Of a DNA stretch of 64,000 nt, positions 1 through 12,600 are shown one piece after another. Numbering within the stretch: the first letter of the stretch is position 1; every line of letters starts with the position of its first letter. The stretch spans positions 186,001-250,000 of the forward strand of contig JBHGNT010000003.1 in NCBI GenBank assembly GCA_043228905.1. Direction: 5' to 3'. Source of the DNA: Azolla caroliniana (Eukaryota > Plantae > Polypodiophyta). Made by a program: the position numbers and the translations under genes. Under the pieces are notes generated by a model, which was not told the DNA's origin, searched no databases, and worked only from the letters and a program-made list of their open reading frames with translations.

Positions 1-1303
1 GACCCACAGGCTTTTATATAACGCACACACACATATCTCGTAAAGGGTTTTTCGGCAATAGAATTTCTCTTCTTTTACATTCTTTCTTCTTCCACGTAAT
101 AAGATTATCTACGTAGGCTATTTCGCTTATAACTCTCAACTCTGACGTCATTTTTTGACATTCTATAGCTCGTTGGAAATCTCCTTCTGAGGGCTTTCCA
201 ACAAGTGTCTGCACAATTAACTTGGTTACGTCTACGAAATGTTACAAGGATTTTTGTCTTCATGGGTAGGGCTAGAAGCTGCACGTGGCTACTAGGATAC
301 TTTCGGCTCAATTGTTGATTCGATCCTATTCTTCCCTTCCTTCCTCGCTCTCTTAGTTCAGAACCCCAACAGTTCTGCCCAGACACGCAAATTTCTTTAA
401 CACGACAGCGAGACAATGTAGTTATTGGAGCATAGGGAATATTTGAGAGAGCTAGAGCTCCTCCTCATCAACCTACATCTTGACATCATCAAGGTAAGCA
501 AAACAAACCAGGTCAAAGATGTCGAGGTCGAATGTGCCGATGTATAGGAACAAGATTGAAATGTGTTCTTCAAATAGATCCCCATCGCTCAGTAAGGGGT
601 CAACCATGAACCCCGAGTACATGTATGAACGCAATGCGATCGAAAACTTAAGGATGATGTCGTCAAAGAATTCGCCGTGTGTGGCAACTATTGAGCAAAG
701 AAGTGTGTTAGTTTAAAATAAGAAATGCGGTGGTGGAAGGAGGACTGACCTAGGGTTAAGAAAGAGATGGACACATGTGGAATAATATGGCCTCCCAAAG
801 CCTGATGAGACCGAGGAGGGGCGGACCTCGCATCTGCATTCCACTGCGTCCATTGGAACTACATACATGCAAACCCTGACAATCGATCACATGCAAACTC
901 ACGTCTCCTCGACCTGCTCCCCATTCATTCATTCATTCATTCATTCATTCATTCATTCATTACCACTGCAACCTCATGAATCATCATCATCATCATCATC
1001 ATGCTAGTACACCTTCAACTTCTCGTTATTCCAAATCCATATAATATAAACACCAAATTCTTCTTTCAATCGCTCTTTTGCCTTGATCCTGGTGCACATA
1101 GATCTCAAGAATATCTCCCACTCACCACTTTCAAGGTATGTATAAACAATAAAGCGGAGAGGAGAGCCAAATGTAATTCATATGCCTAAAACTATAAGAG
1201 AAGCAGCAACAGAAGGAAGAAATAAATAATTATGCATTAATCTTGTTCTCTCTCTCGGCCCCATGTTCTGCATCTTTGGCCTTAGAAGACGTTAATATAT
1301 CTT

Positions 1304-1306
<3 letters not shown>

Positions 1307-1358
<52 letters not shown>
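1307..1358 (+). repeat. (CT)n microsatellite / GAGA element upstream of HSF
   Basis: Uninterrupted ct dinucleotide run in the putative 5' leader; (ATTC)n and (ATC)n runs at ~923-1000. Confidence 0.85.
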
Positions 1359-1362
<4 letters not shown>

Positions 1363-1639
1363 CCGTTAGTCGTGTCCTCATCATCCTCCAGCCATTCTCT
1401 TAGCTTTTCTTTTCTGTAGTCACAACGGTATCTATTTACTATAAAATGCACAGAAGATGTCATAATTAGGGGGTTTGTGTAGAAAATTTTACTGATCAAA
1501 TATGCGCTGTAGCTAGAAATCGAGCTGCATCAGAACTTCACCAAACAAGGTTCAGATTGCTGATTTTACTCAGCAGCATAAAATGCAAGAATCCGAGATC
1601 AGTTAATTGATTGAAAGGTTTGGCCCAAATTGCAGACAA

Positions 1640-3016
1640 ATGGATATGGATATGGATATGGAAGTAAATATGCCTAGTCTGGAAATTTTGGATCCTTTCA
1701 TGGAAGCCATAAATCGTTCAGTTCCAGCTCCGTTTCTTATCAAAACTTATCAGCTCGTGGATGATCCGGCAACTGATCACATTGTTTCTTGGAGTGATGA
1801 CAACAACGCATTTGTTGTTTGGCGGCCTCCAGAGTTCGCCAAGGAAATCCTCCCCAACTACTTTAAGCACAATAATTTCTCAAGTTTCGTACGTCAATTG
1901 AACACATATGTAAGTAGCACTTATATTCTGAACCGTCTAATTTGAAGCTCAAGATAAGCACTGCTGAAATATTTCCCACATTTTGAATCGGATGAATTAA
2001 GTGGGACGTATTTAAATAACCTCTGTGTGCCCAACACTAGGGAATGAGCCTGGCCCATAATATAATTGACCTTCTTCCCACTTGTATTACACTGCTTAGG
2101 AATATGGAAATAAATCGTAATTGTGTGTTTTGAGGAAGGAGGGGTGGGGATAGATTAGCTTCACGGACATATTTATATCATTATGATCTTCATTCATATA
2201 TGTAACTACATTTTGGATGTTTTGATTTCGATAAGAGAATGCGAGAGAAAGTAATAACCAGTCATCATGATCAATTAGAACTGGGACTAAACCTTAAACC
2301 CTAAAAACTATATCTTATTTAGGTTGGCTTGGGGCACTAGCGTTCTGTGTGCTAATTATAATTACTTCAATTGACTTAACTATATTAACATACGTCTATA
2401 TGTCTATTCCCATCCACCACATCCCACATTATCTAATATTAGGACCAGTGTGCCATGATAAGGTTCATGTATAAGGTGATATGACTCTGTCGGAAGGTGT
2501 AGTTGAGCAAATTTTGAAGATTGGAATAATTGGCCATGATAAAAATAATAATTATGTATTGTTTGTCAGGTTTGAAGTTCACGTATTGTTTGTAAGTTCA
2601 AATTTGAATATTCCTTCCTTCCTTGGGGTGGGGGTGGGGTTTCTGCACATGAGGAAATTAATAGTGCTCTCACGGTTAATTGAGCAATGGGGACGCATTG
2701 GGTGCTGCACATGAGGAATCTTGTATTATTTATTTGGACATGGAAAGAATGTTTGCTTTCCTAGCTCCAATGTGGTAAGAATCGTCTCGTCATCGTCATG
2801 TAGTAAGTATGTATGTACATAGTAGTGATAATAAAAATATGCATAAAAACATCGCGATGTTAATGTCACGGCATCTTTTTTGAATTAGTTAGTCAGTATA
2901 TTTCTTATATACATAGAATATAATTTGAAAGTCACTCATTACATACTAAAAGATCAGGCCGCAGCCGACACATTCATTGGGTCTCATAAGAATAAGAGAC
3001 GTTCTCGGGTTCACCA

Positions 3017-3050
<34 letters not shown>

Positions 3051-4989
3051 TGATGATGACCATATTCTCAAAAGCAGAGCAGAGCAGCATTGATTGGATC
3101 GAAGTCCAGCTAAACTTTGAAAAAAATGAATGACTAGTTAAAGTGCAGTCTGTCTGTATGTATGTATGTATGTATGTACGTATATAATAAATAATATGTA
3201 AAAAGTAAGAATAATTTCCCGGTTTCGGGACACTCGATTCGATGTATGTATGTATGTATACACAACGAACGTGTTTGATTCCGTCTCGTCTTCTTCTTCA
3301 TTCACTCTTTACGAAAAGGCAAAAGCGAGACGCCACAGGACTTACACTTGCCCATGTCATCATATCCCACAGGTTGAAATACATACATACATAACTCACT
3401 CCATGACAGACACTACTTTACTACAACATCCGACCTTTGGGATATGTATGTAACCTTGGCTTAGTGTATACATATATATGCATGTATGTATGTATGCATA
3501 TATGTATATGTGAACTTCCACTACTACATACGGATCGGATGTCTATTGATACATACGTATATAATATGTATATACATATATGTATATGTAACGTACTAGC
3601 TACTGGGATTGGTTGGGTGTCATTGTTGGCGTTTAAATTTTGTGATTAACTGCAGCCGCATGTGTGGGCTGGGTGGGGTAATGATATACGTACCATACCG
3701 TATATACCGTATGTGTATTTATATATATATTATATATGTAGTATATGTACATAATTATATACAATTGTATATATATACATATAACTCATGAACCGTTATG
3801 TTAGCTGGTGCAGGGGTTCAGAAAGGTTGTTCCAGACAGATGGGAATTTGCAAACGATTTGTTCAGAAAAGGCCAGAAGCACCTCCTCACAGACATCCAC
3901 CGCCGCAAAGGCAGCAGCAGCAACAGCAACAGCACAGGCCAGCTACTAGTTGTACCCACCTCCACCTCCACCTCCACCTCCACGTCTAGCCACATCCCAC
4001 CAGCTATATATTATCATAATTATGATGATGATAATGATCATCACCACCTTCTCTATGATTCCAACTCCTCCTCCTCCTCCTCCTCTGACATAGCTAGGAA
4101 TGAGGAGGTTCTTGCATTCATGTTAGGATCATCGGGCACCAGAGTTGGCCATTTCTATTCTCATAATAATAATTATAAGTCAGCATCATCAATATGGGCA
4201 GAAGCTCCAGGGAACTATTATATTACTCACTCCGGCCATGGCGCCACAAATAATATGCTTAACACAGCTAATGGTACTAAGATGGATTCCATTCTATCGT
4301 GCAGTAGCCCACTGACAGGCAGTGCTGCTGGACAAACGCAGCACCTCAGAATGACATCGGAGGAGGAGGAAGAGGAGGCGCAGAACGACAGGCTTCGAAG
4401 AGATAATACATTGCTCCTATACGAGATCAACCGTGTCCGGAATCTGTACAACCATGCTATCTCTTATCTGCAGGATCAACATGAAGGATACAATCCAGAA
4501 TTTAGGATTAAACAAGATGTTGAGATAGTTCAGGCTGCCCCACCACCAATTACTGCTGTAGGCATAGCGCCACCATGCCCCGAGGAGTCGGGGGCCATTT
4601 ATCCTTCACCCACTAACATCATATCAGCAGCTCGTTGCAACCGCCACAGTAGCACAGCTGCTGCAGAATTAATTCAAGACTTGGTAGATTCCCATGTGGA
4701 CCCCAGAAGTGCTGCAGCTCGTAATATAAGCTCCCACCTCCAAATTTCCAATTTGCATATCTCACAAAGTCATATAGCCCTACCATATGATGATGTTTCT
4801 CCTCCTCAGACTTTTCATTCAGATCATCATGCAGCCCCTAGTACCCTAGACGCAACGACTTCTCCTAATACTACTTTATTGCCTATTAAATGTAGGATTA
4901 ATAATAACAGTTCTGATGTGAAGCTCTTCGGTGTCCGCATTGTGTCAAAGGGAGAAGTAATTGGTAATGCCACTAATCATGTGACTTAG
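1640..4989 (+). CDS. HSFB4: Class B heat shock transcription factor, HsfB4/SCHIZORIZA-like (exons 1640-1909, 3814-4989)
   Basis: HSF DNA-binding domain [17 protein letters not shown]...[14 protein letters not shown]|[14 protein letters not shown] split by the conserved HSF intron (TAT|GTAAGT at 1910, CAG|GGG at 3813). Compact class-B HR-A/B ([23 protein letters not shown]) and C-terminal repressor motif KLFGV. The start could be any of several tandem Mets (MDMDMDM); first in-frame ATG after the TAA at 1604 is 1640. Confidence 0.9.
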
Positions 4990-6371
4990 TTCTAGTAGAG
5001 TAGGCGGCAGCAGCAACATTATGGACAAGAAGTAGCGCAATGCTGGTTTGGCTTGCCTTGCCTTGCCGTGACTCAACATATAGTAGTAGTAGTAGTATTG
5101 GCTATATGTAGATTTTCTGCAGCTTGCACGCCATGGCATGGCATGGCCGTGTAGGAGTTAAAAAGAATGGATTGTATGATGGAGACTCTTTACATAATAA
5201 ACTTAATATATCATCGATCCAAAATTCAAATTGGGACAATGTGCAACTTGCCAATATGGATGGATGTCTTTTATCTTAAGTCTACACAACTTTAATGAGC
5301 CTCTATGTCCCTTTATATTTTTACCTTTAACTTGTTTTTTTATTTGTAATCTATTTATTTAATTTCACACTCTCCCTCAACCAATATCCTATTCTTGACT
5401 TTGTGGAATGCAAATGAACCCTACATCTTCTTTCTTGTAGTTCTCCATATGTGTTTTTTTACTAGAACGTGCCTCTATAAAACAAAAATGGCCCTCATTG
5501 AGGTTGATTCTATGATCAACTTCCATTGTGTCTTTCTTTTGTGCATTTAGGTCGCTAAGAAGGTGGTACTTACAAGAGATATTTCGAATGTTGTATGGGT
5601 TTTCGAACGAGCTTTATATATGATCGATTCCTACAATATTATAGCTCCAATGTATCATTTTATCACTTTGATCCAACTTCCTTCACTTACAACTATTGTA
5701 GTTGCAACATATTGTAGTTTGGTTGATGACACCGAAATTGTTGTTTGTTTCTTGGACCGCAAGCATTGTTCCACCTCCTAGTGTATAATAATAGCCATTA
5801 GTATATTTACGATTATCCACTCTCCTCCCTACCCATAAGTGAAGTTAGTCCAACTTATAAGTTTAGAGGAGGGATTATAAACCCATCCACTTAAAATAAG
5901 TTGGGAATATGAGTTTGATTGTGGGTGTTATATCTAGGCTTCTTTCTCAAGTTGGCCATCTAGAAACGTCATTTGAATGTCCACATGATATGGGCTTCAA
6001 GATCATTGAGCTCATTGTAAATGTCGATGAAACTTCGATATTTTGGGGGGTTTGCTTGATGTGGATGTGGGGCCACTACTACATAAGAGGGCACAAAGCA
6101 ACATGCCCTTTTTAACAAGAAGGTTAGAAAGCATGAATCACTAATAAGACGTTTGTTTCGCATTGCTTGCCAAAAGTTAGTGACGTTCTTATACTGAAAC
6201 GCAATACCAAACATTAGGGTAAAAAAGTTTTAAAATAAATTTATAAGGGAAGGGGAACCCGTAATCCCCCTTTTCTCATTCACTTGATTGTTTCTCACCA
6301 TCAAAAAGAGCAGACCACGTCAAAGCAACCCCAACTATCCTCCAATTTCTTTACCAAATGACCTACACACA

Positions 6372-7350
6372 TGTGCGTAGGTTTCAAGATATTCACTCAT
6401 ACACATAGATACGAATACAAGTATATACATACATTCATTGATATTTCATACATGCATACATAATTACATTACACATACCTACCATTCACTCATGCATACA
6501 AACACACACATAATATAGATAGATAGATAGATAGATATATGATATCACATCTAATATATACATACAAACACATTATACAGGCATTGATAACCTTACACAC
6601 CAAGTATCCTAAGGGTAGGGACATATGGTGGATTGAGCGTCGTAGGAATTGTGCTATATAAAGGGAGGGGACCAGATGCCCCTCCTTCATGACGGCAACT
6701 TTAGAAAGACGGTAAAGGGCAAGCCTATGGGGTCGCTTCTGAGACTGGATCACCAGCACTGAAAATCGTATCGTATGTACATCGGATGGTTCGGTGTCTT
6801 AATCATTCCTGCGCTACTAACCACAACCTCTGTATTCATCATTGCTTTCGTTGCAAATCCCTTCGTACATATTGATGGTACTGTCTTTGGTTCCTTGCTA
6901 TTAACATCTCGAGGCACTGTTGAAACTCTATAGGTGAGGTTATAGAAGCTACTTTCCTCAAATCCACGATTGAACTACCACGGTATAACATGACATAATA
7001 TTACATTCTGGCACTATGCGACATTGTGGGTACATATTTTATGTTTGTCTCATGTCCTTCAACCAAGCTTGATCGATGTGGTTACGCATCCTAGATCCAT
7101 TCTTCTCCTTAAGCTCTTATTCTTTTCCTCCTCATCAGTTTGATGCGTAATGTTACCTTCATCCACGTACATAATCTCATACAATTATTCATTTATACGC
7201 ATGTATATTATAACTTGATTCATGCACATATATATTTTCATACACATTCCATATACACACATCATTTATAATATACATAAACATACATATACACATGAGA
7301 TGAACGGGACTTGGCTGAGGAAAAGACAAAATCATTAGGTGGGGGATTGA
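6372..7350 (+). mobile_element. Possible LTR-retrotransposon relic (LTR-like segment plus short internal remnant)
   Basis: TG start, TATA-like tatataaagggagggg, ...ATTACA followed by TTCTGGCAC (PBS-like), and purine tract aggtggggga near 7340. No second LTR or TSD found. Confidence 0.3.
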
Positions 7351-8803
7351 AATTGAGATCGCTTAAATAGGGAACTTAAAAACTTATGTTCAAAAGCATG
7401 AAACTAGCATTTACATTGTATCTAGAGTCCTCTACTTATCCTACAAATTATCTAGAATTATCCTTCATAACATCTAGGATACGCCTAGATAAGTTGATAA
7501 TGTTGTCATGCCCTTTGAGACATCGTACATGCATGTACTTAGAATAAATTCTTGGTTTACTTCCTCTTGTTCATAGGTTAATAAGATATGTTGATCTATG
7601 TTATCCCAAAGTATCAAGTATACACAAAAATGAGATCACATTAGGAAATATACATCATGTTTGAGTTGGTCTTTTGCATCTAAACCACCAAAAACACTTG
7701 TAAGCAACATGTTAACTAATGTAACAGCATAAAAATTCTACATAATGCCATAAAATGTGTCATGTTTCATGCATTCACCAATGACATCTCCATGCAATGA
7801 AGTAATCAAATATATCATATACAACATAGATAATGGACACCTGATTACCTTGCTCCACCTAAAGAAAGTAGGTAATAGGCACCCAATTACATTCCTCTAA
7901 CACTAGGACGAGGGAGGCACATACACTGTTACTTTTCTATGAGGTCAAACAATGACAGTTTGAGATATGCTCATCATTCTCGCTCTTTTATAATAAATAT
8001 AGCATGCCTTACATTGATTCAGATTTCTCATTGATGTACCTTACACAACATAGCATACCCAATTAAGATATAAAATTTATCATTGGACAAACATATCATC
8101 TTCCATTCCTGGATATATGATTCTCTCTTCATGAGTACAAAGTAATTTTATGTCTATCAAACATATCATCTTCCATTCTTGGATATATGATTCTCTTCAT
8201 GAATACAAGGTAATTTTATTTCTGTCATAAAAGCACAATGTTGGCTGATATTCAGAATCATTTATGACTACAATCCTGTCTACCTAATGTTATGCCATAA
8301 AATTCTACATAATCTTGTTCATTCAGAATCATTTATGACTACATACCGCCCATTCTAAACCCCACACCCTTTGGCTTTAATAATCGTATGCTTGCCACAG
8401 CTTAGGTCTCATCTAACTTTGTCCAGAAATTTTAGAAACTCAATATGCAAATTATTAATTCAAATCTATTATTTTGGAAAGTGACTTTCTCCATAATAAG
8501 TTAGAATTAAATCAAATCCAATAAATATCTTAATAATTATAGAGGGGCAATGATCATTTTAAACACTGCTAATACAATGAACTCCATTTCAAAAATATAT
8601 ATATTAAAATCAAATTCAAATTCAAACATATACATTCCAATCGTGTATAGTAAATGAAATTCAATGAATGACTTAATAATTTATGTAGGGGCAATGATCA
8701 TTTTAAATACTGCTAATGCAATGAACTCCATTTTCAAATATATAAATTTAATCTTATCTCACATTGAACAGGAGCTGTGCAGTAAACCCAGGATAAAGTT
8801 AAC

Positions 8804-9540
8804 TCAACGCATTAATAGCTTAAATGCAGCATTGTTACACTCATTTGCATAGTCATAGCCTAGGAGATTTGCACATTCAATAAATTCCATCTCATCTTGT
8901 TCCAATATTTGCATGGCAACCAATACATTCGCACCCATCTCACCCTGAACAAAATTATATGGTTTAGTTAGAATGACTTAGGGAACCCACAGAACTGGTT
9001 TAGCCTTCATCTGATGCCAATAAATATAAACACACCAAAAATGGTACATATGAGAGAAAACTGTTTACCTGACTGCGATAGTGAAACAAAGTGATGTTCC
9101 ACCTAGGACTGAAAACATTTAAGAACTTCATGAGGGCTCCTGGCCTCTCTGGAAAAACAAACCTATATAGAATCTCGTTCAGCACATTGGTCCGCCCACC
9201 CATCTGTAGAATATGATACATCATGAGAAAGAAAAAAAAAACTCTAGAAATGAATCTCAATTTAACCAATAGAATTCTGTAGGCAGTTAAGTGGTAAAAT
9301 GAATATGCTTACCAGATGACGGAGATGATCTTTTGCCAGATCATTACCCGTAAGGTCATGTGTTCTTAATCCAGAACTTTCCAATCTTCTGAACATCAAA
9401 TCAAGTTCTTCTTCCATGTGAAGACCTACACTGGAAAACACCCCCTTTCTTAGGAAGGAATCACACACAAGTTATGTTGATTTCGTGCCAAGGTCAAAAA
9501 TGGCCTCATCATGGACGATAAAACATCTATTCTATTCTAA

Positions 9541-9606
<66 letters not shown>

Positions 9607-12600
9607 AGGAAATGTAACTTAAGGAAATGCAAACATGGGCAGAGATGGCCAAAGATGCCAAAACTCAAGCTGAGCATGCCCAAAAAGAAAATAACGCAAA
9701 TGCTCCATGGATAGAAGTAATGAAAAAGCAGAACGGGGCATCAGTGGATAGGCTAGAAATGATGAATGCTACATTAGGCTAGAAATGAACTTCTTAGGGC
9801 TTTTCTTACTAGAATTCAATGTACACAGGGAGAAGTTGAAGGACAACAACAGGGCCACACAAGCTCATCAACAATGAACTATAACAGCTTTCTTTAGCTC
9901 CATTACAACTACTCATGCGACAAGTCAATGTCTCCGAACTAGGATATTGTAAAGAGGTTACAATACATCAGGTGGAGCAATTTTGCAGTGCATATAAGTC
10001 CACCATGATGGACCAAGATCTGACCACCGTTGGCATCGACAGATAAAGGCCATTATCTCAAGCCATTGCTGGTTTCCCTAGATTTGTAGACCTGTCCATT
10101 CTGGATTGACCTATGCTAGAGACAATAAAAAATACAAAAGATCTGACTTGAGAATCTTACTTCTATAGATGACAAGGCCTTAATTCTATAGAGTGACATT
10201 CACAAGGCCTTGATTCTCCTTACAGGAGGCTTTCCGTGCTCAACTTTGTCATGGATATGCAGTCGTCAGAGCTCCTGAAAGACAATAAATATTTCCAAAT
10301 AAGATGTGCAATAGGGCATTGAATATACTGATGTATATTAACTATCTTCCAATTGAACAGTACGAAAGAAGCATGTGCTTGATGCCAACCCTCGCCTCTT
10401 GAGGGCTGAACCTTTAGTTTTAGGAAGATCCCCAATTATCATTCTCCAAATTGACACCTTGGATCAAAATGGCAATTGATATTGCCAATTACACTGTAAC
10501 ATATTCCATCCTGCTGCATCACGCTTGCCTACATTCTACTCCCTTTGTGATTTAGATGAGGGCCATGAAAGTTATGCCACAGAATGATGATACAACATAC
10601 TAGTGCTTAACAATAACAATCTTGTGCCATACTTCAAACACCAATCCATCCAAGGTTGGTGATCTGCCTTCATAAGCAAACATCCTCATAACAATGTTAT
10701 GCTTTGCATGTTTTGCAAGATAAAACCATAATTTGGTGGACTACATAACCATCTTTTAACATCATCAAACTCTAAAAGCCTACTACAAAGATCTTTTAAT
10801 GAACTTTTTAGAGTTTGATGATGGTGACCTACACTTACCCCAAAGATGGCCTACTACAAAGATCTTTTCATGAACTTTTTACTGTGCAGATTCATACAGA
10901 GATGGAGGTTCATGGAAGTCTACATGCCCCATACTGCTTTCAAACCAATAGGCCAGCTCAGAGCTCCTCCAATCATCTAGAGATCAAGGCAAGACAAGTA
11001 CTTAACATACCTAGAGCGAAAAGAGTTAGCAAATTATGTGCAGGACAGATCAAATGTGAGGAAAATTTAGTGTGCTGATGCATAGCTTTCAACCACATCA
11101 TTAGAGTATGGTACCCTCTACACAGCCTCCACAACAAATTCAACAAATGATGGAGAAGGTGAACCCACAACAGTTTGGCCAAATGTTTCTCAAGATTCAA
11201 AAGCAAAGGGAATCAAGCCTTACATTACCATGCAGGATTCATTTAGAAGCCATAGAATGGGACAAGACATTTTTTTTTATCCCTTGCTACTCAGAGGAAC
11301 ATTTAATTGCAGAAATCCACCTCATGGGTACAGGTATGTTCATTAACCCTGAAACTTCTTCTTCCTTTTAGTCTCTGTAACATGATATATGAGCATATGT
11401 TTGACAATAGAATGCCTATTTGACATTTAGAGTGTAAAACATGATAGATCAGAACCACTGAAAGAAAGACTTCCATTATTATTCCTGTCATGACGTGTGA
11501 AAAGAAAACTATACCTGCAAAGAACGAGAGCGTTTTCTTTACTATCATCATACCTATACTTAAATTCAGTAACATTCATGGGGCCAACCTGAAAAAATGC
11601 TCAAATTTATCAATCTTCCATAAAATACCATTTATTTGTGGAGCTATAAATGAAGACCAGAGATACTTGCAATAGTCCAATACCAGTTCCATAAACCTTT
11701 TGAATGATCCAACCTCTTCTGGAATGAATGTGACAAATACAGCTTCTCTTTTTGCACCCACATCAGCAAGCTCTGTTACCAACCTTAAACGTGCAAAATT
11801 CATGTTTGCTCCACTTGTTATTGCCACAACATTTTTGGAAGATATCCCATAGTATTTGCAATAAGCCAACGCACCAGCCAAAGAGAGAGCACCAGCTGGC
11901 TCGAGGATATTTCTTTTCTCTTCAAACATATCCTGATAAGAAGAATAATCCACGTTACCCCAACAGTTGAAACAACATTCAACGCCAATGTATACATCAT
12001 ACCTTTATAGCAGCACAAATTGCATCTCGATTCACAAGAACAACACCATCAACCAAGTCTTTACAAATATGAAATGTTTCCTCACCGACACACTTCACAG
12101 CCACACCATCTGCAAAAGTTCCCACTTGCTGAAGAAAAATGCGCTCACCATGATGTAGTGATAAAGCCATTGCATTTGCATCTGATGGCTCGACACCAAT
12201 GACATGCACCTGTAATTAGCAAATCCTTCAATTATGCAACGTTGTGTTCGAATGGGTTTGTCGGGGTCGGTCCCCGATATGGCTTGCGTCGGAACCCATT
12301 GGCTTGAGTCGTAACAGGCAGTCCGCCGACTACCCCATGACAGTCGGTGACACGACAGAATTGTAAATAATATTTTTTTTAAATTAAAAAATAAAAATAA
12401 AAATCAAATCTTGGCAGAAACAAACATAACAGAAAAATCAATCTTGTCATCATTAATTCTTGGCACTGTCCCTTTCAGACTATAAATGGACAGGCACGCT
12501 TATGATTCGGTATTCATTACGAGTGGTGGCCATTGAAGAGCTATTAATAGCAGATTCTATTTTTATAACGTTCTGTCTTGAAAAATGGATCATTTTTCAC

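Noticed and set aside
1-720. Overlapping short ORFs on both strands at the left edge
   Set aside because: No recognisable domain or splice pattern; likely a decayed repeat truncated by the window edge.
3050-3120. Possible C/D box snoRNA in the HSF intron (TGATGA box)
   Set aside because: No CTGA D box or terminal stem at a suitable distance.
3140-3790. ORFs of 60-70 aa in the HSF intron
   Set aside because: Translations of (TATG)n/(TA)n microsatellites.
8090-8220. ~60-bp direct repeat pair; similar pairs at ~25117-25350, ~27850-28050, ~32990-33170, ~55260-55400 and ~57780-58150
   Set aside because: Two-copy local duplications without unique spacers; not CRISPR-like, and common in plant noncoding or TE DNA.
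12237-12400. GC-rich segment with GTCGG/CCGAC repeats resembling a DNA-transposon end
   Set aside because: No matching opposite terminus or TSD found, so no element can be delimited.
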